Source: Phyllosticta citribraziliensis
Taxonomy: Eukaryota
Assembly: GCF_038025025.1 (NCBI RefSeq)
Contig: NW_027117340.1
Location: 124,001-188,000, forward strand
Direction: 5' to 3'
DNA: 64,000 nt
The first letter of the stretch is position 1. Each line of letters opens with the position of its first letter. The notes beneath the pieces were generated by a model. It made no database searches and had not been told where the DNA came from. It was given only the letters and a program-made list of their open reading frames with translations. Shown here in pieces: positions 34,282-46,330 of this stretch. A program made the translations under genes and the position numbers.

Positions 34282-35638
34282 ATGATAGTCAGACAGCTGG
34301 CCCGCCGCCAGGGTGAGTGTGCTGCTTCCTGTCGTGTCGTGCTCCCGACTGACCCTCGCCAGCCCGCTCCGCCTTTGCTCCCGTCCGCCAGTGCAAGCGC
34401 TTCTTCGCGTCCGAGGCCGACCTCGACTTTGCCCAAGCAGACCACTCTGCTGTGCCCGCCAGGGTCGAGGAGCCCGTCGACGATGGCGTCGACCGTCGCT
34501 CCACCAAGGAGAAGATGAAGGAACTCGAGCGCCGCCGCAAAGCCGCCGCCGAAGACCCTACCGTCGCCCTCGACTGGGAAGCCAAAAAACATCTGAGTAC
34601 GTCGACCGACCACACGCGCGACCCGCACTGACGGACGCTTCTAGAAAGCGTCATTGCCAACGTGGGCTACGACCGCCAACCCTTTTACCAGCCGCACAAG
34701 CTCCTCACCAATCCCCCAAGGCCGTCCGACGTCACGCTCGAACTCTTGCTAGCATCCCAGGCCCACATTGGCCACTCGACCTCTGTATGGAATCCCGCAA
34801 ACGCCCGCTACATTTTCGGCGTCAGGCAGGGCATACACATCATCTCGCTGGACGTGACGGCTGCTCATTTGCGTCGCGCCGCCAAGGTGGTCAGCGAAGT
34901 CACGCGAAGAGGTGGTACCGTCCTGTTTGTCGGCACCCGCACCGGCCAAGACAGGAGCGTAGTGAGAGCCGCGCAGCTCGCACAAGGTTGTCACATTTTC
35001 GACAAGTGGATACCCGGCTCCTTGACCAATCGCCATCAGCTTCTCAACAAGTGTCCGACCAAGCTGGTCAACGAGTTTGACCAAGAAGTCCCAGGCTACG
35101 AGGATCAGCTGACAAAGATGCCGGCCCTCATGCCGGACCTCGTAGTCACTCTCAACGTTCGGGATCACTACATCTTGCTCAAGGAGTGTGGGCAGAATCA
35201 CATTCCCACCATTGGCATTGTCGACACTGACGCAGATCCTACGTGGGTGACGTATCCCATTCCCGCAAACGACGACAGGTAAGACTCTCGATCCATATGT
35301 CAGGCCCGTGCTGACTTGACAGTCTTCGCTGTACCAACGTGATTGCTGGAGTCTTGGGAAGAGCTGGACAAGAAGGACACATGCGGAGAGCCGCCGCGGC
35401 CAGACAAGGCACAGTCACGTACACGTCGACGGTGGACCTCAACCCCATCGAACGGGGTCAAAACGATGCGCAAGATTCACAGTACGAGGTGCAATCCGCC
35501 AATCCCCAACAACCATTCCCTCGGCCATCATTGTCGGCAGCGGGTCTGCCGCAGCCAGAAGCGACAGAGTCGGCTCCATCTGACGGATCAAAACCAGACG
35601 AGGCTTTTTTGGGGTTTGAAAGGGGAGATCTAACCTAG
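34282..35638 (+). CDS. MRP4: Mitochondrial small-subunit ribosomal protein uS2m, 404 aa; exons 34282-34312, 34363-34596, 34645-35278, 35323-35638
   Basis: Arg-rich presequence MIVRQLARRQARSAF. S2 motifs LLASQAHIGH...WNP, GIHIISL, VLFVGTR, WIPGSLTN, PDLVV, IPTIGIVDTD.DPTWVTYPIPANDDS. Confidence 0.93.
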
Positions 35639-36496
35639 TTGAATCAAGTGTTTACTTTGAATCCACATGCACGTGGGGCACTGCTTTTCGACGACGATGA
35701 TGCTGTCAGGAATCTACCAGGGTGTCGCCTATTGCGTCAGCGGCACGAGACGAGCAACGCGGAGGCGCTTCCGTCGCTCGCTTTTTACATGATCTAATAC
35801 CCAGTGCTACCCAATGTGCAAGCAAGTCACCTCGGAAGTCAGACCTCGACGACCAACACACCGTAAAGTGAGGTGACCAAGATGGGCTTTCTCAGACATC
35901 GATGAGGAAGTAGCGTTGACTCGCTGGGTCATGCCAGCAGCTGGAACTCGTATGTTCTGACACCAAGACAACTCAACCCCTGTCTAGTAATGGTCTTATT
36001 CTTTCCCCTCCTCTGTCTATCCTGTCCAGATGGCAGAGTTTGGCCCCGCTTGGTTAGGTTTTCCCGCTTCCTCTCGTGCCATTTACTCCTAACCCACGCC
36101 ATCCGTCGGCTTTCCCGAGCACATTATTCTCAAGTCTACGCACATCTTCCTACAAGCCGTCCATTCATATGTACCTGTTCCGCTTACAGGGAGCAGCTGG
36201 ACGTCACACCGTGGCTTACACCAAAGGCAGGCGGGCAGGCAAGCCACCGACGCGTCCATTTGGAACCTTTTGCTGGGTACAGGCGCGCAGACACGCGGTA
36301 GGTACCTGACGGCGTCCCGAATAGGCAGTCGTGCCGGCATGTTGGACGGACAGGGCGTGCCCGCACGCCCGCAAGGTTGAGAGCAGCACCCAGTGTCATG
36401 GCCCTCGACGGTTGCATTGCGTGCTCCGCTCCAACTGACCTCTTTTCATCCAGTAAGGGCTCTTGCTGAAACACGAAAACAATTCATGAGTTCGCA

Positions 36497-36528
36497 GGAG
36501 GAGGAGGAGGAGGAGGAGGAGGAGGAGG
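36497..36528. repeat. (GGA)n microsatellite
   Basis: About 10-11 consecutive GGA units, read directly. Confidence 0.9.
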
Positions 36529-38302
36529 ATATTTTGGTGTAGACAAACCAACGTTGGGTCGCCACGCTACGTGCCCATCCTCCACCATCACCTCCTCTCC
36601 GAAAGCTAGTTATTCTTAACTGCACGTCAATGGAGCAAGCAGCAAGAGGAGGTGAGCTGTTAACCCCTCCCCCCGCGCTCGTCACACAAACCACGGTCCG
36701 CACCACGGTTGCAAGCAAAGTCAAAAAGCCACCAGCGAGCAACGCGGACCCCTGCCCAGACACGGACACATCCCCATTTGCAGCAATGCTGTCCGACACT
36801 CAGTAAAGGCCGGGCAGTCGGAGAGTCGGCGGCATGAGCCGTCGCAATCGTCGACAGACAGAGACTAAAGGAAACGAAACGCTGCAGCGCCCCTCGTTTG
36901 GCAGCACTGGCTACTTAGTTTCGCTTCTGTATCCGTGGGAGCGGAGTGTCCGCTGCGTTCACCACCACCGACGCTTGGCTGTCAGCCAGCGGTAAGTTAC
37001 GGGGACGGGACGCTGGCGGCAGGGCGGCAGGGCGGGCGGGCAGCTGGCAAGGCCCGCTGTGGCATTTAGCCTACCTAGGCGATGGCCCTGCTCCGCCCTA
37101 CCCTGCCATACATATCCACCAGTCCATCCTTTATCATCCAGATTCTTGGTGTTTGGTTTCCGGGATAGCGATTTGGCAGCGAGCGTGATGTGACAATTGT
37201 GTAGACGGTCAATTGGTTCAGCGCAAGTCTGAAGCAGCCGACAATCATCGGGTCCGAGACGTTGACAGACCGACTGTTAAACGAGAAGCTTGAATGGTGA
37301 GGACGGTTTGATATCTGCGGAGTGCGGAGTACCCAGCTGCATGCAAATCCGACACGAGCGAGCAAAAGCCAAAAGCGGATTAGAAATCGCAGCCCGAGAG
37401 CCGACGCGCAGAAGCTACCCGACGAGACTTTGCCCTGCGTGCCCTGAGCCCCCGCCGTCGGCATGGCCTCTTTGCCGATCCCGGAGACGTGCAGGCACTC
37501 GTTCGGATTGTTGTTCGTGCCTCGTCGGTCTCGTTTACTTTGGCTTTTTTGTGTCCTTCCTTTGACTTTTTTTCCTGGCGAACCCCACGTCCGTCGTCTC
37601 GTTTCGTCTGCCTGTCACTCGTAGCACCACCGCTCGCCCAACCATCGACGCCCTCGGACTTGCCCTGGCCCTGTCTCTCCAACCGTACTGTACCTCGAGC
37701 CGAGACTCACGTCCGCCAGCAGGGGCACGCAGCCAGCAAGCAGCAACGTGAGTCGCCCATCCGTCCCTCCCTCTCCCTTGTTGTGCGCCTGTCGACCCAA
37801 ACAATAATGACCCCGAGGCTTGAGCGCGGTGGTGCGATTGGCCATGATGGCGTGCTACTGCGCCGCTCGCGCTTTGTTGTGCACTATCGCGCCTCGCGCC
37901 TTATCTAACCTTATCTAATCTTTTTCTTTGACGACGTCGCAGGTCGGCCAACTTTTTTTTTTTTGTTGCTTCTCCCCTGTCACGTCTGCGCCCTATCGCA
38001 AACAAGGGAGCCCAAGAGGAAAAGAGAGGGCTCTGGTTGGTTGGTTGTTTGTTTAGCCAGACAGACACTGCGCAGAGGTGAGTTGAGAGCGTGGCATTGC
38101 GTCGGTTGGCCAGGAACCTATTCGGCATCATCCCATCCGCACGACATTGAGATTGAACACTCGTCTCGTCCCGTTGATGCCCGGCTTTACAGCTATTTGG
38201 GAAGCACCCGCGCTGACGCCTTGATGGCAGGAGTAAAGCTGCGTGGCCGCTGTACGGACTGCACTGGATTGCGCCAAGCTCAGACTCGCCCGCGATATCA
38301 AG

Positions 38303-39507
38303 ATGGGTGTTGAGAAGGAGCTCGAGGAGACGGGCGGCTTCGCCCGCACGGCCAAGGATCTGGTTTCTGGTGCCGCCGGTGGTGTGGCGCAGGTATTGCT
38401 CGGTACGTCGTTTTTCGTTCTATTCCGTCCTGTTCCTGAAGAAGTCGGGGGGAGCACGTGGTTCCAATCCTCCATGAGCAACCCCCCGAAAAGAGATGGG
38501 CAAAGCGACAGGCTCAAGGACTGGCGTCGTCTCCAATGGAATACGTGCTAACATTGTCCGACAGGCCAGCCATTCGGTGCGTGAACAACAGCAGTCGCTG
38601 AATTCGTACATGGGAGAAAACTGACACCAGGCAAAAGACATCATCAAAGTGCGCCTGCAGACGTCGGAAGAGTACAAGAGCGCCGCCGACTGCGCGACCA
38701 AGATCTACAAGAACGAGGGCCCGCTGGCCTTTTACAAGGGCACGCTGACGCCGCTGCTCGGCATTGGCGCATGCGTGAGTGCTTCCATTCCTTTCCCCAT
38801 CGCATCTCCATCAACCAACACTCCCGCAGGTCTCGATCCAATTCGGCGCCTTCCACTACGCCCGCCGGCACCTCGAAGCCCGCAACCAAGCCTCCGCCGC
38901 GAACCCGCTCTCCCCCGGCGCGGGCACGCTCTCCCTCCCGCAATACTACCTCGCCGGCGCCTTCGCCGGCGTCGCCAACAGCGTGCTCTCCGGGCCCATC
39001 GAGCACGTGCGCATCCGGCTGCAGACCCAGCCGCACGGCGCGGGCCGCCTCTACGCCGGGCCCATCGACTGCGTGCGCAAGCTGTCGGCGTCGTCGGGCG
39101 TCCTGGGCGGCGTGTACCGCGGCTCGGCCGTGACGGTGCTGCGCGAAGCGCAGGCGTACGGCATGTGGTTCCTGGCCTTCGAGTGGATGATGGCGGCGGA
39201 CGCGGCGCGCAACGGGGTCGAGCGGGCGGCGATTCCGACGTGGAAGGTGGCGCTGTACGGCGGGCTCGCCGGCGAGGCGCTGTGGCTGGGGAGCTACCCG
39301 TTCGACGTGGTCAAGAGCAAGATGCAGAGCGACTTGCTGGGCGACAAGGCGCGGTACAAGAGCATGCGCGACTGCTTTGGGCAGACGTGGCGCGCGGAGG
39401 GCGCGAGGGGGTTTTGGAAGGGGCTGGGGCCCACGCTGCTCAGGGCTATGCCGGTGAGCGCGGGCACTTTTGCCGTGGTCGAGATGACGATGCGCATGTT
39501 GAATTAG
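38303..39507 (+). CDS. Mitochondrial carrier family protein (YMC1/YMC2-like), 308 aa; exons 38303-38402, 38565-38576, 38638-38774, 38830-39507
   Basis: Three carrier signature motifs, P(F)DIIKVRLQ, PIEHVRIRLQ and PFDVVKSKMQ, plus FYKG/VYRG/FWKG motifs. A 12-nt micro-exon supplies GQPF. Confidence 0.93.
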
Positions 39508-39522
39508 ATGTGATGGATAGCT

Positions 39523-39555
39523 TGGTGGTGGTGGTGGTGGTGGTGGTGGTGGTGG
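39523..39555. repeat. (TGG)n microsatellite just after the carrier-gene stop
   Basis: About 11 TGG units, read directly. Confidence 0.9.
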
Positions 39556-41957
39556 CGATGGTGGGTACCCGCCCTCCACAACGACGTAAACCAAAACAGC
39601 AAAGACAGAGAATTGAACCCTCGCGCGGCAGTCCCCGTCACATGTCCTCCAGCTACGACTGGGCATCCAAGCAATAAGACGAGCGTAATCTGCGCCGCCG
39701 CGCGTAGATGAGGAAGAGAAAGAGAAAGAGAAAGACGTGACATGATACAAATCTCGACGCGGCCGTAACTGCGCAGGCTACTATCTAGAGCGGTGGTGCA
39801 TTGGCATCATGGTACATAAGCCTGAGCACAAAAAATGAAGGACATGTGTGTATATATAGAGATACTGCTTTGCCTCGCTTCCTCTCCCCTTCCTCCTTCT
39901 CTTTCTCTTACACCCACCAACCTGCCTGCACAAAAAGGACAGCATACCACCCACCACGCCAGTAGAGGCGACGAAGAAAGAGTAAACCACAAGAAAAGGA
40001 GCAGAAGGCCAGCTACCTATTCAGAGATGAGAGTATCATATCTATGTGTGTGAGTAGATAGAATAGAGAGAATAGTCCGAACAGGGAGAGTTAGCATGCA
40101 TAGACAGACCCCCATCTATCCACCACCGACACTGCTGCCATCAAGACTCCGATCACTTCCTTTTACGATGCTAAGCTGGCTGGCTCATCACGACAGTCGA
40201 GCAGACCGACCAGACAAGTGCAAATAAAACCATCGGGACGAAAAGTTAACTGCTAGCAAGTACAGCAAGCGGACATACTTAGTACATACACGACGGCACC
40301 ACCGCCTTCGAGCTTCAAACTTGAACGTTCAACATTCAATGGCTTCTTTTTCATTCGCTTTCATTTTCCACTTTCATTTGTGTTTTTTTAACCCAACGTG
40401 CTATCGTCACCGCCATCATCCTTCGGCGAACCTGTCCCCTGGGCTATCCCTTCTGCTATCGGCCATCGAACACGTCCACCATATCATCCCGCAAAAGCCC
40501 GGTTGAGTGGCTGGATGGACTGCACGTGCCGGCGACGACGTTCGACTCTCGATGACAACAACGCATGGCTCGTGAGCGGCGCTCGACTGAAGCAAATGTC
40601 CATTCTTCGTGGAAGCAGCAGCAGCAGCAGCAGTAGTGCAGCAAAAGAACTTTTCTGTTTTTTGATTCCGTGCCTGCACCGCGCTGAGTGGGTAGTCAAC
40701 GACGGGGACGAATGAACAATGGCCTGGCGCAAGTCATGAGACAAACGCTGAAAGGACGTCAAACCCTCGCTGACATTTTGTAGAGCGTGCCCGCAGCACC
40801 AACGACAAACTAGACGTAAGTAATAGTCAGGATCGCTCGCTCGCTTGCTCGCTTCCAAATCGTGACATCGACCGTCATGAGCGTCAAACACTACTACCCA
40901 CTTCTTCCGCCGCGCAAAACATAGAGCTGTAAAGAGGGGAGAAGAGAGGTGGTAGCCAGTTAAAAATCGCGCCAGGCGCCGCAAAAACAACAAAGTTCCT
41001 CCAAAATCAAAAGCACAAATACTTAGTTGAGATCGTGAAGAAGCGCACCAACAAAGAAAAGAAGAACAGAAGGCAGCGGCAAAAAGAGAAATAACAGAGG
41101 CTGTAGCAAAACACATCGTCAACATAGGTCGGCAGCCGTGAAGAACAATCAATCGTCAGGACGGATGGCGGTTTTTGTTTCCGAGTCCACAACAAGACGA
41201 CAAAATAACGGGACGAAGAAATGACAGGAGGATGAAACAGACAGATAAAACGCATAGAATAGAAGAAGAAGAAAAAGGCGCTTGCCACGTTACGGCAGCT
41301 CAAGCCGCCTCAAGGTGCTGTGTTGAAAAAAAATATATCGAGCACCTTGCGAATAGAGCAGCAAACAAACAGAGACGTGTAACACGAAAACGACCAAAGA
41401 AGAATAGGAAACAGACGCCAGTGAAGAGCCAATCCGCGCAGACGCCAGACAGGAGATGGGATAGATGATGCGCCAAAGAGGTGAATGAGGTGAGGGGCGA
41501 AAAGCACCGCGTGGTACGAAGATACGGCCGGAGGAAACCCCGATCGCCCAAAGATCAAACCAAACCAAACCGAACCGGGGGCGGCGCGGCGGTGTACAAG
41601 GCAGACAGGCAGGCGAAAGGGGGCTTGAGAAAAAGAAAAGCAAAGAAGAAGGTCGTACAGCAGCAGAAGCAAAGTGGTGCGGCCCGAGCGGAGTGGGTGC
41701 AGCAGATTGGCAAATGGGCCAGCAGCGCAAAGTGCAACGAAGCACGACAGCAGTAGCAGCAGCAGCAGCAGCAGCAGCGAGAGTCGGGTCATCAGCCAAC
41801 ACCTCACGACGGTCGCGCAAGATCGACGCGAAGGCGGCGCATCAAGGGCGGAGCAACATCCGGCGGCACACACGGCGCGCGCGCAAAGATCGGTGGAGCT
41901 GAGTGGTGGCCGCGTCCAGTGGTGGCCCCACGAACCGGCGAACCGACAACGCCCGTG

Positions 41958-41980
41958 CCCCCCCCCCCCCCCCCCCCCCC
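41958..41980. repeat. Poly(C)23 tract (G23 on the minus strand)
   Basis: 23 consecutive C, read directly. Confidence 0.95.
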
Positions 41981-42180
41981 ATCACGCCCATCCCATCGCT
42001 GCCGACCGGCCAATGAGCCAGGAGAAGAATGCCACAGGCGCGGGAAGAAGCAAATGGAAAGATTCCCGCACACGGGCTTGTCCTCGCCTGCTGCGTACGG
42101 TAAAAGACGGTCGCGCAAATTTACTGCTCCTGCGGCTGCGCGCGCAAGCCACGTGCAGATGAGACGACGCGTCTGTCGAA

Positions 42181-43555
42181 TCAAGGCTGTGACGACGAGA
42201 GCTCGTCGAACATGGTGCCATCAATAAACTTGGCCCACTCGTTGCCCGGCGTCAGCAGGCCCGAGTTGCTTCCTTGCTGGCTGTCGTCGCGCGACATGCC
42301 GTAGCCCAAGCCCGAATTCATCGCATCGTACCCGTACAGCGAGCTCGAGTAAGCGCCGGGAGCCATCGCGTCTGCACCCGTCGTGCCGAAACTCAGGCTC
42401 TCAGGGTTGATGCCCATTTCGGGTGCCGAGCTCGGCGCTAGCGTTTGGTTCATGCCCTGCGTCGCAGAGTTCATGCGTGCTTTGAGATTGCTGAAGTTGG
42501 GGTTGTACGTGTACTGCGAAAACTGCGGCAACATGTCGCTATTGGCCATGAACAGGGCCGTCTGCGGATCGTTGGGGTCGAGCGTGGGGCCCAGCATCTG
42601 CTGCGTCTCGGCGGGGAGCGCCATGCTGAACGGACTCGTCGACGGCATGTGCGGCATCGAGGTCGGCTCCATGCTAAAGGGCATGCTCGGGCTGGAGAAG
42701 AGGGGCTGCTGCGGCGTCGCAGGTGTCGAGCTTCCGGTGGGGTAGGACAGGTTCTGTGCTTGGTCCTTTGAAGTGTCGGGCGACGACGTTGGCGGTCGCG
42801 AGACATTGGCCTGCGTCTGAGGGGCATTGGAGGGCATGGACGGCGAGCGGACGGACTGCGCTGGCATCGACATGCGGCGCTGCTGTTCATCGCGGTCCTG
42901 GGCGGAATCACTGCGTCCCGGCGGCGGGCCCGTCGACTGCTGGTGGCTGGCATCCTGGGGCGTGGCAATGGAGGCTGCTCGTTGCTGGGGCTTCTGAGCA
43001 GTCTGCGGCGAAGGGTAAGGGGCCTGGCGGAAGGACTGGGGCGAGCGGTGAATCATCTGAGGCGGAAGCATCTGGTACGGCTGATACATGAACTGAGGAG
43101 CAAAGTGAGGGGCATTGGGGTAGGGCTGGCCGAAAGCGCCCATCATCGAAGGGTCCATCAGAGCCTGGCGGCCGGCCTGGTGCGTGGCGAGGTAGGCCTG
43201 CAGCTTGCGGTTAAAGTCGACCGAATTGGTCTGCAGGTGGGCAGTCAGGCGGCGGTACTGGGCGGGCAAATCGTCGTCTTCTTCCTCGTACATTTCCTCG
43301 TTGACGACGTCTTGCTCGGTGACGCGCAGGGCGCGGCCGGTGCGCTTCTTGTGAATCTCGGAGGCCCGACGGGCTGATTCGATCCTGGCTTCGAGACTGC
43401 GGTCGCTTCTCCGCGAAGCGGCAATGTAGGCTCTGAGGGAGGTCAGCGGAGAGCGGGTAACGTTGGCACGCGGCGACAGACCTCTCTTGGTTCTCCTCGT
43501 GGGTGCGCTCCGTCTTGACGGGCTTGGCCGTGGCCAAAGTTCGGACTGGCGGCAT
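42181..43555 (-). CDS. Hypothetical protein, 441 aa: basic/charged N-terminal domain plus Gln/Pro/Ser/Met-rich tail; exons 43555-43482, 43432-42181
   Basis: The spliced N-terminus reads MPPVRTLATAKPVKTERTHEENQERAYIAASRRSDRSLEARIESARRASEIHKKRTGRALRVTEQDVVNEEMYEEEDDDLP. The intron is 49 nt, GTCTGT...CTGAC...CAG. Confidence 0.88.
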
Positions 43556-46330
43556 GGTGGGTGATGATGGAACGATGGAAAAGGGTTGTTGAGCGTCGAG
43601 GAACGACTGATATCGAACCCGAGAGCTCCCAGGTTGAAGATGACGGGTGGCGAAGCTTTTGGAAGCGGGGGCGCGGGTTAGTTGAGGGCGGAAGAGTAGA
43701 GTTTTGGGTTGCCGGCGGACCAACCAAATTTTAGGGGCAAAAGCAAAGGCGTCGGAGTCGGCGTGGTCGGGTGCGATGGGGTGGGTGGACGAGTATTTTG
43801 GGGGGAGGCAGCTGGAATTCCAAAGAGGCGACGGGGCGATGGAGACGACTGGCGGGCGACGGGGATCGAGAAGTGGTGTCGACCTAACGGGAGGGCTCTG
43901 GCGCTGGCGCTGGCGCTGGCTGGCGCTGGATCGGGCGGAGTTAAAGGGCGTGGCGTGGTCCGACGCCCGGCCGTGCGGTTTGGGCGATGCGGGGAGCAGA
44001 CGTGACGGCCAACAGGACAGGACAGGACAGGACGGGACAGGGGGCGTGTCGGAGTGAATTGGACGGCTTCGACCATGGCAATCTTGCCCACTCAGACGCA
44101 GCCACAGACAGCCAGAGATTCGAGGTTGAGATGAGGCGCAGAAACAACGCATCTCTCGACTTCACAGCCGATCGGCGTCTTGGCTTCCCAAACGGGCGTG
44201 GACGGCAGATTAGCGAGCAGAGGCTATCTAGACCCAAGATCATCTAAAGTTTTCTCCCAGTCCTCACTCATAGTCAGCCTCTCCAGCTTTCTCTTCACAA
44301 CATGCCCTCGACGTCACCCTTACACTCCCATCCGCTGACGCACGTGGTGTGGTGGCCGTACCCTCCCCTACCTCACCTCCCGCTACGCGACGTACCAGAC
44401 CGCTGCTGGCCTTCCTCCCACTACGGTAGGGCCCTGCATCCATCACCACCATGACGGAGCCACAACCCCCCAGATCGCCCTCTCCCACCACAATCCCCGA
44501 TTCACACCACAACCACGTCGTCGCCAACTACGACGCCCGCCCGCCAAAATAGCCCGAAACACAGCAACAACAATAACAACGGCGACGACGATGGAGGTAG
44601 TCAGTCAGCATCGACTAAGCCCGCCCGCCCATTGATTCCCCATTGATTCCCCTCACGCCGAGACCCAGAGCCTTCTGTTTGCTTCCCTCCGCCCTCCTCC
44701 TGCGTCCGAGGCACCCGGGACGAACCGCTCCTCACCCACCTCCGGCCGCTCAGCACTCCCACATCCAGGGACACCGCCGCCACGCTGCTGCAGCATGTCT
44801 CCCTACTCCATGCTAGCCCAGCCTCACTAGCCCGCCTCCGCGCGCGCTTGCCCCGACGAGGAATCGCCCCGCCACATGTGACGCTGCAGGCGCGTTTGTA
44901 ATAGGGAAAAAGTCCAGACCGTCCAGCGGACAGAGAGGATCTGCTGAAAAAGCTGTTCTGTTTACCTGTAGTACAGCATGCGCTGTTCTGTCGCGGCTGC
45001 GTTGATATCCGTCTGCTTCCAACACTCTGCGTTGCGTCCACCCATCACCGCGTTTCGGCCAAGCGCCAGCGAATCGCGAGTGCGAATTTCGGTACGGACA
45101 TGCCTCTCCATCTTCTGTCCATGCACTGCCCACCCTCCAGAGCACACACTGGTGGAAACTAGATACGGTACATACATACGTACATGGCGGGCGAGCGAGC
45201 GCGTTGGCACTATAGTACAGTACAGTGCCTACGTCGTTGGCTGGCTGGCTGGCCTAGGTCCAGCCTAGACCTAACCCTAGGCCCCGACGCGATATGCCAC
45301 GACACGCGCTCTAGCCCCCCCTCCTCCCCCCACCACTTGGCTAGCGGCCGTTAGGGAGGCACTTCAACGTGGCGAGCAGCGCCGTCCCACCCTGCCTCGT
45401 GCCTCCTCCGTCTGCCTTCCGCCTCGTTCGTCAGTCAAGCTTCTACTAACATGCGTGGCGGACGGCATTTGGTTGGTTGGCTGGGTTGAAGAAAAAGGGG
45501 AGTTGGCTGTTTTGCTGCTGTGACGAATGGGGAGCGCACAATTTTTCATCCTTTCTTTTCGTCCCTTCCCTTCCCTTTCCTTCCCTCTTCCTGCCGCCGG
45601 AAAGAACCGGATTGTTGGGCCGTCCCTCGTATAAATGTACGAATACCGGTAGGTAGGGCAGAGCAGAGCAGAGCAGAGCAGAGAAGCGCGCTGTCACTCT
45701 TAGTTAGTGCATGTAGGTATCGGGCAGGTCGTCTCGGCAAATTCAATTTCCTATTCCTATCTTCCTCGTCGTCACGGACACACACCTTTGTATCTTGCAT
45801 ACCTACTACCTGTCGGTCACGCTCGCGCCCGGCTTCGGCTGCCGAAACAGGCGCACAAAAGCCGCGCCCTTATTGTGCCTTGAATATTGATGATTTGATG
45901 GTTCGTTGATGATGACTGATGCGAGCCAGCGGCGACTGTGAATAAGGCAGAGACATGTAGGCACGTTTGTATACGGCTGTCACGGCACAGACGGTTTGGG
46001 GGGGGGCGACGATGAAAAGGTGAAGGAGGTCATTCAGTCCTTTAGTTTTTCATTCTTTTCTCTTCCTCCGCCAGTCTGTCTGCCTTTTCTCTCTTGCTCT
46101 CAATTTTTCAAGTTTATGTTTGGTTGAGGGGGTGAGGGGATGCGGGGATGGCGTTGGTCATGTATGATGTGCATGACGAACGGCTGCCACCATAGCTTGA
46201 CGATGATCAAGAAGTTGAGCAAATCGAAGACCCCCACCACCAACCTCACTCAACCAACAAACCCATCTCTCCATCCATCATCCAACAACTTCCACCTGTC
46301 CACCACGGTCAACGACAACGACAAAAAAAA

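Noticed and set aside
37185..37235. GTGATG...CTGA resembling C/D snoRNA boxes
   Set aside because: Box C is imperfect (GTGATGT), the span is short, and I found no terminal stem or recognisable rRNA guide.
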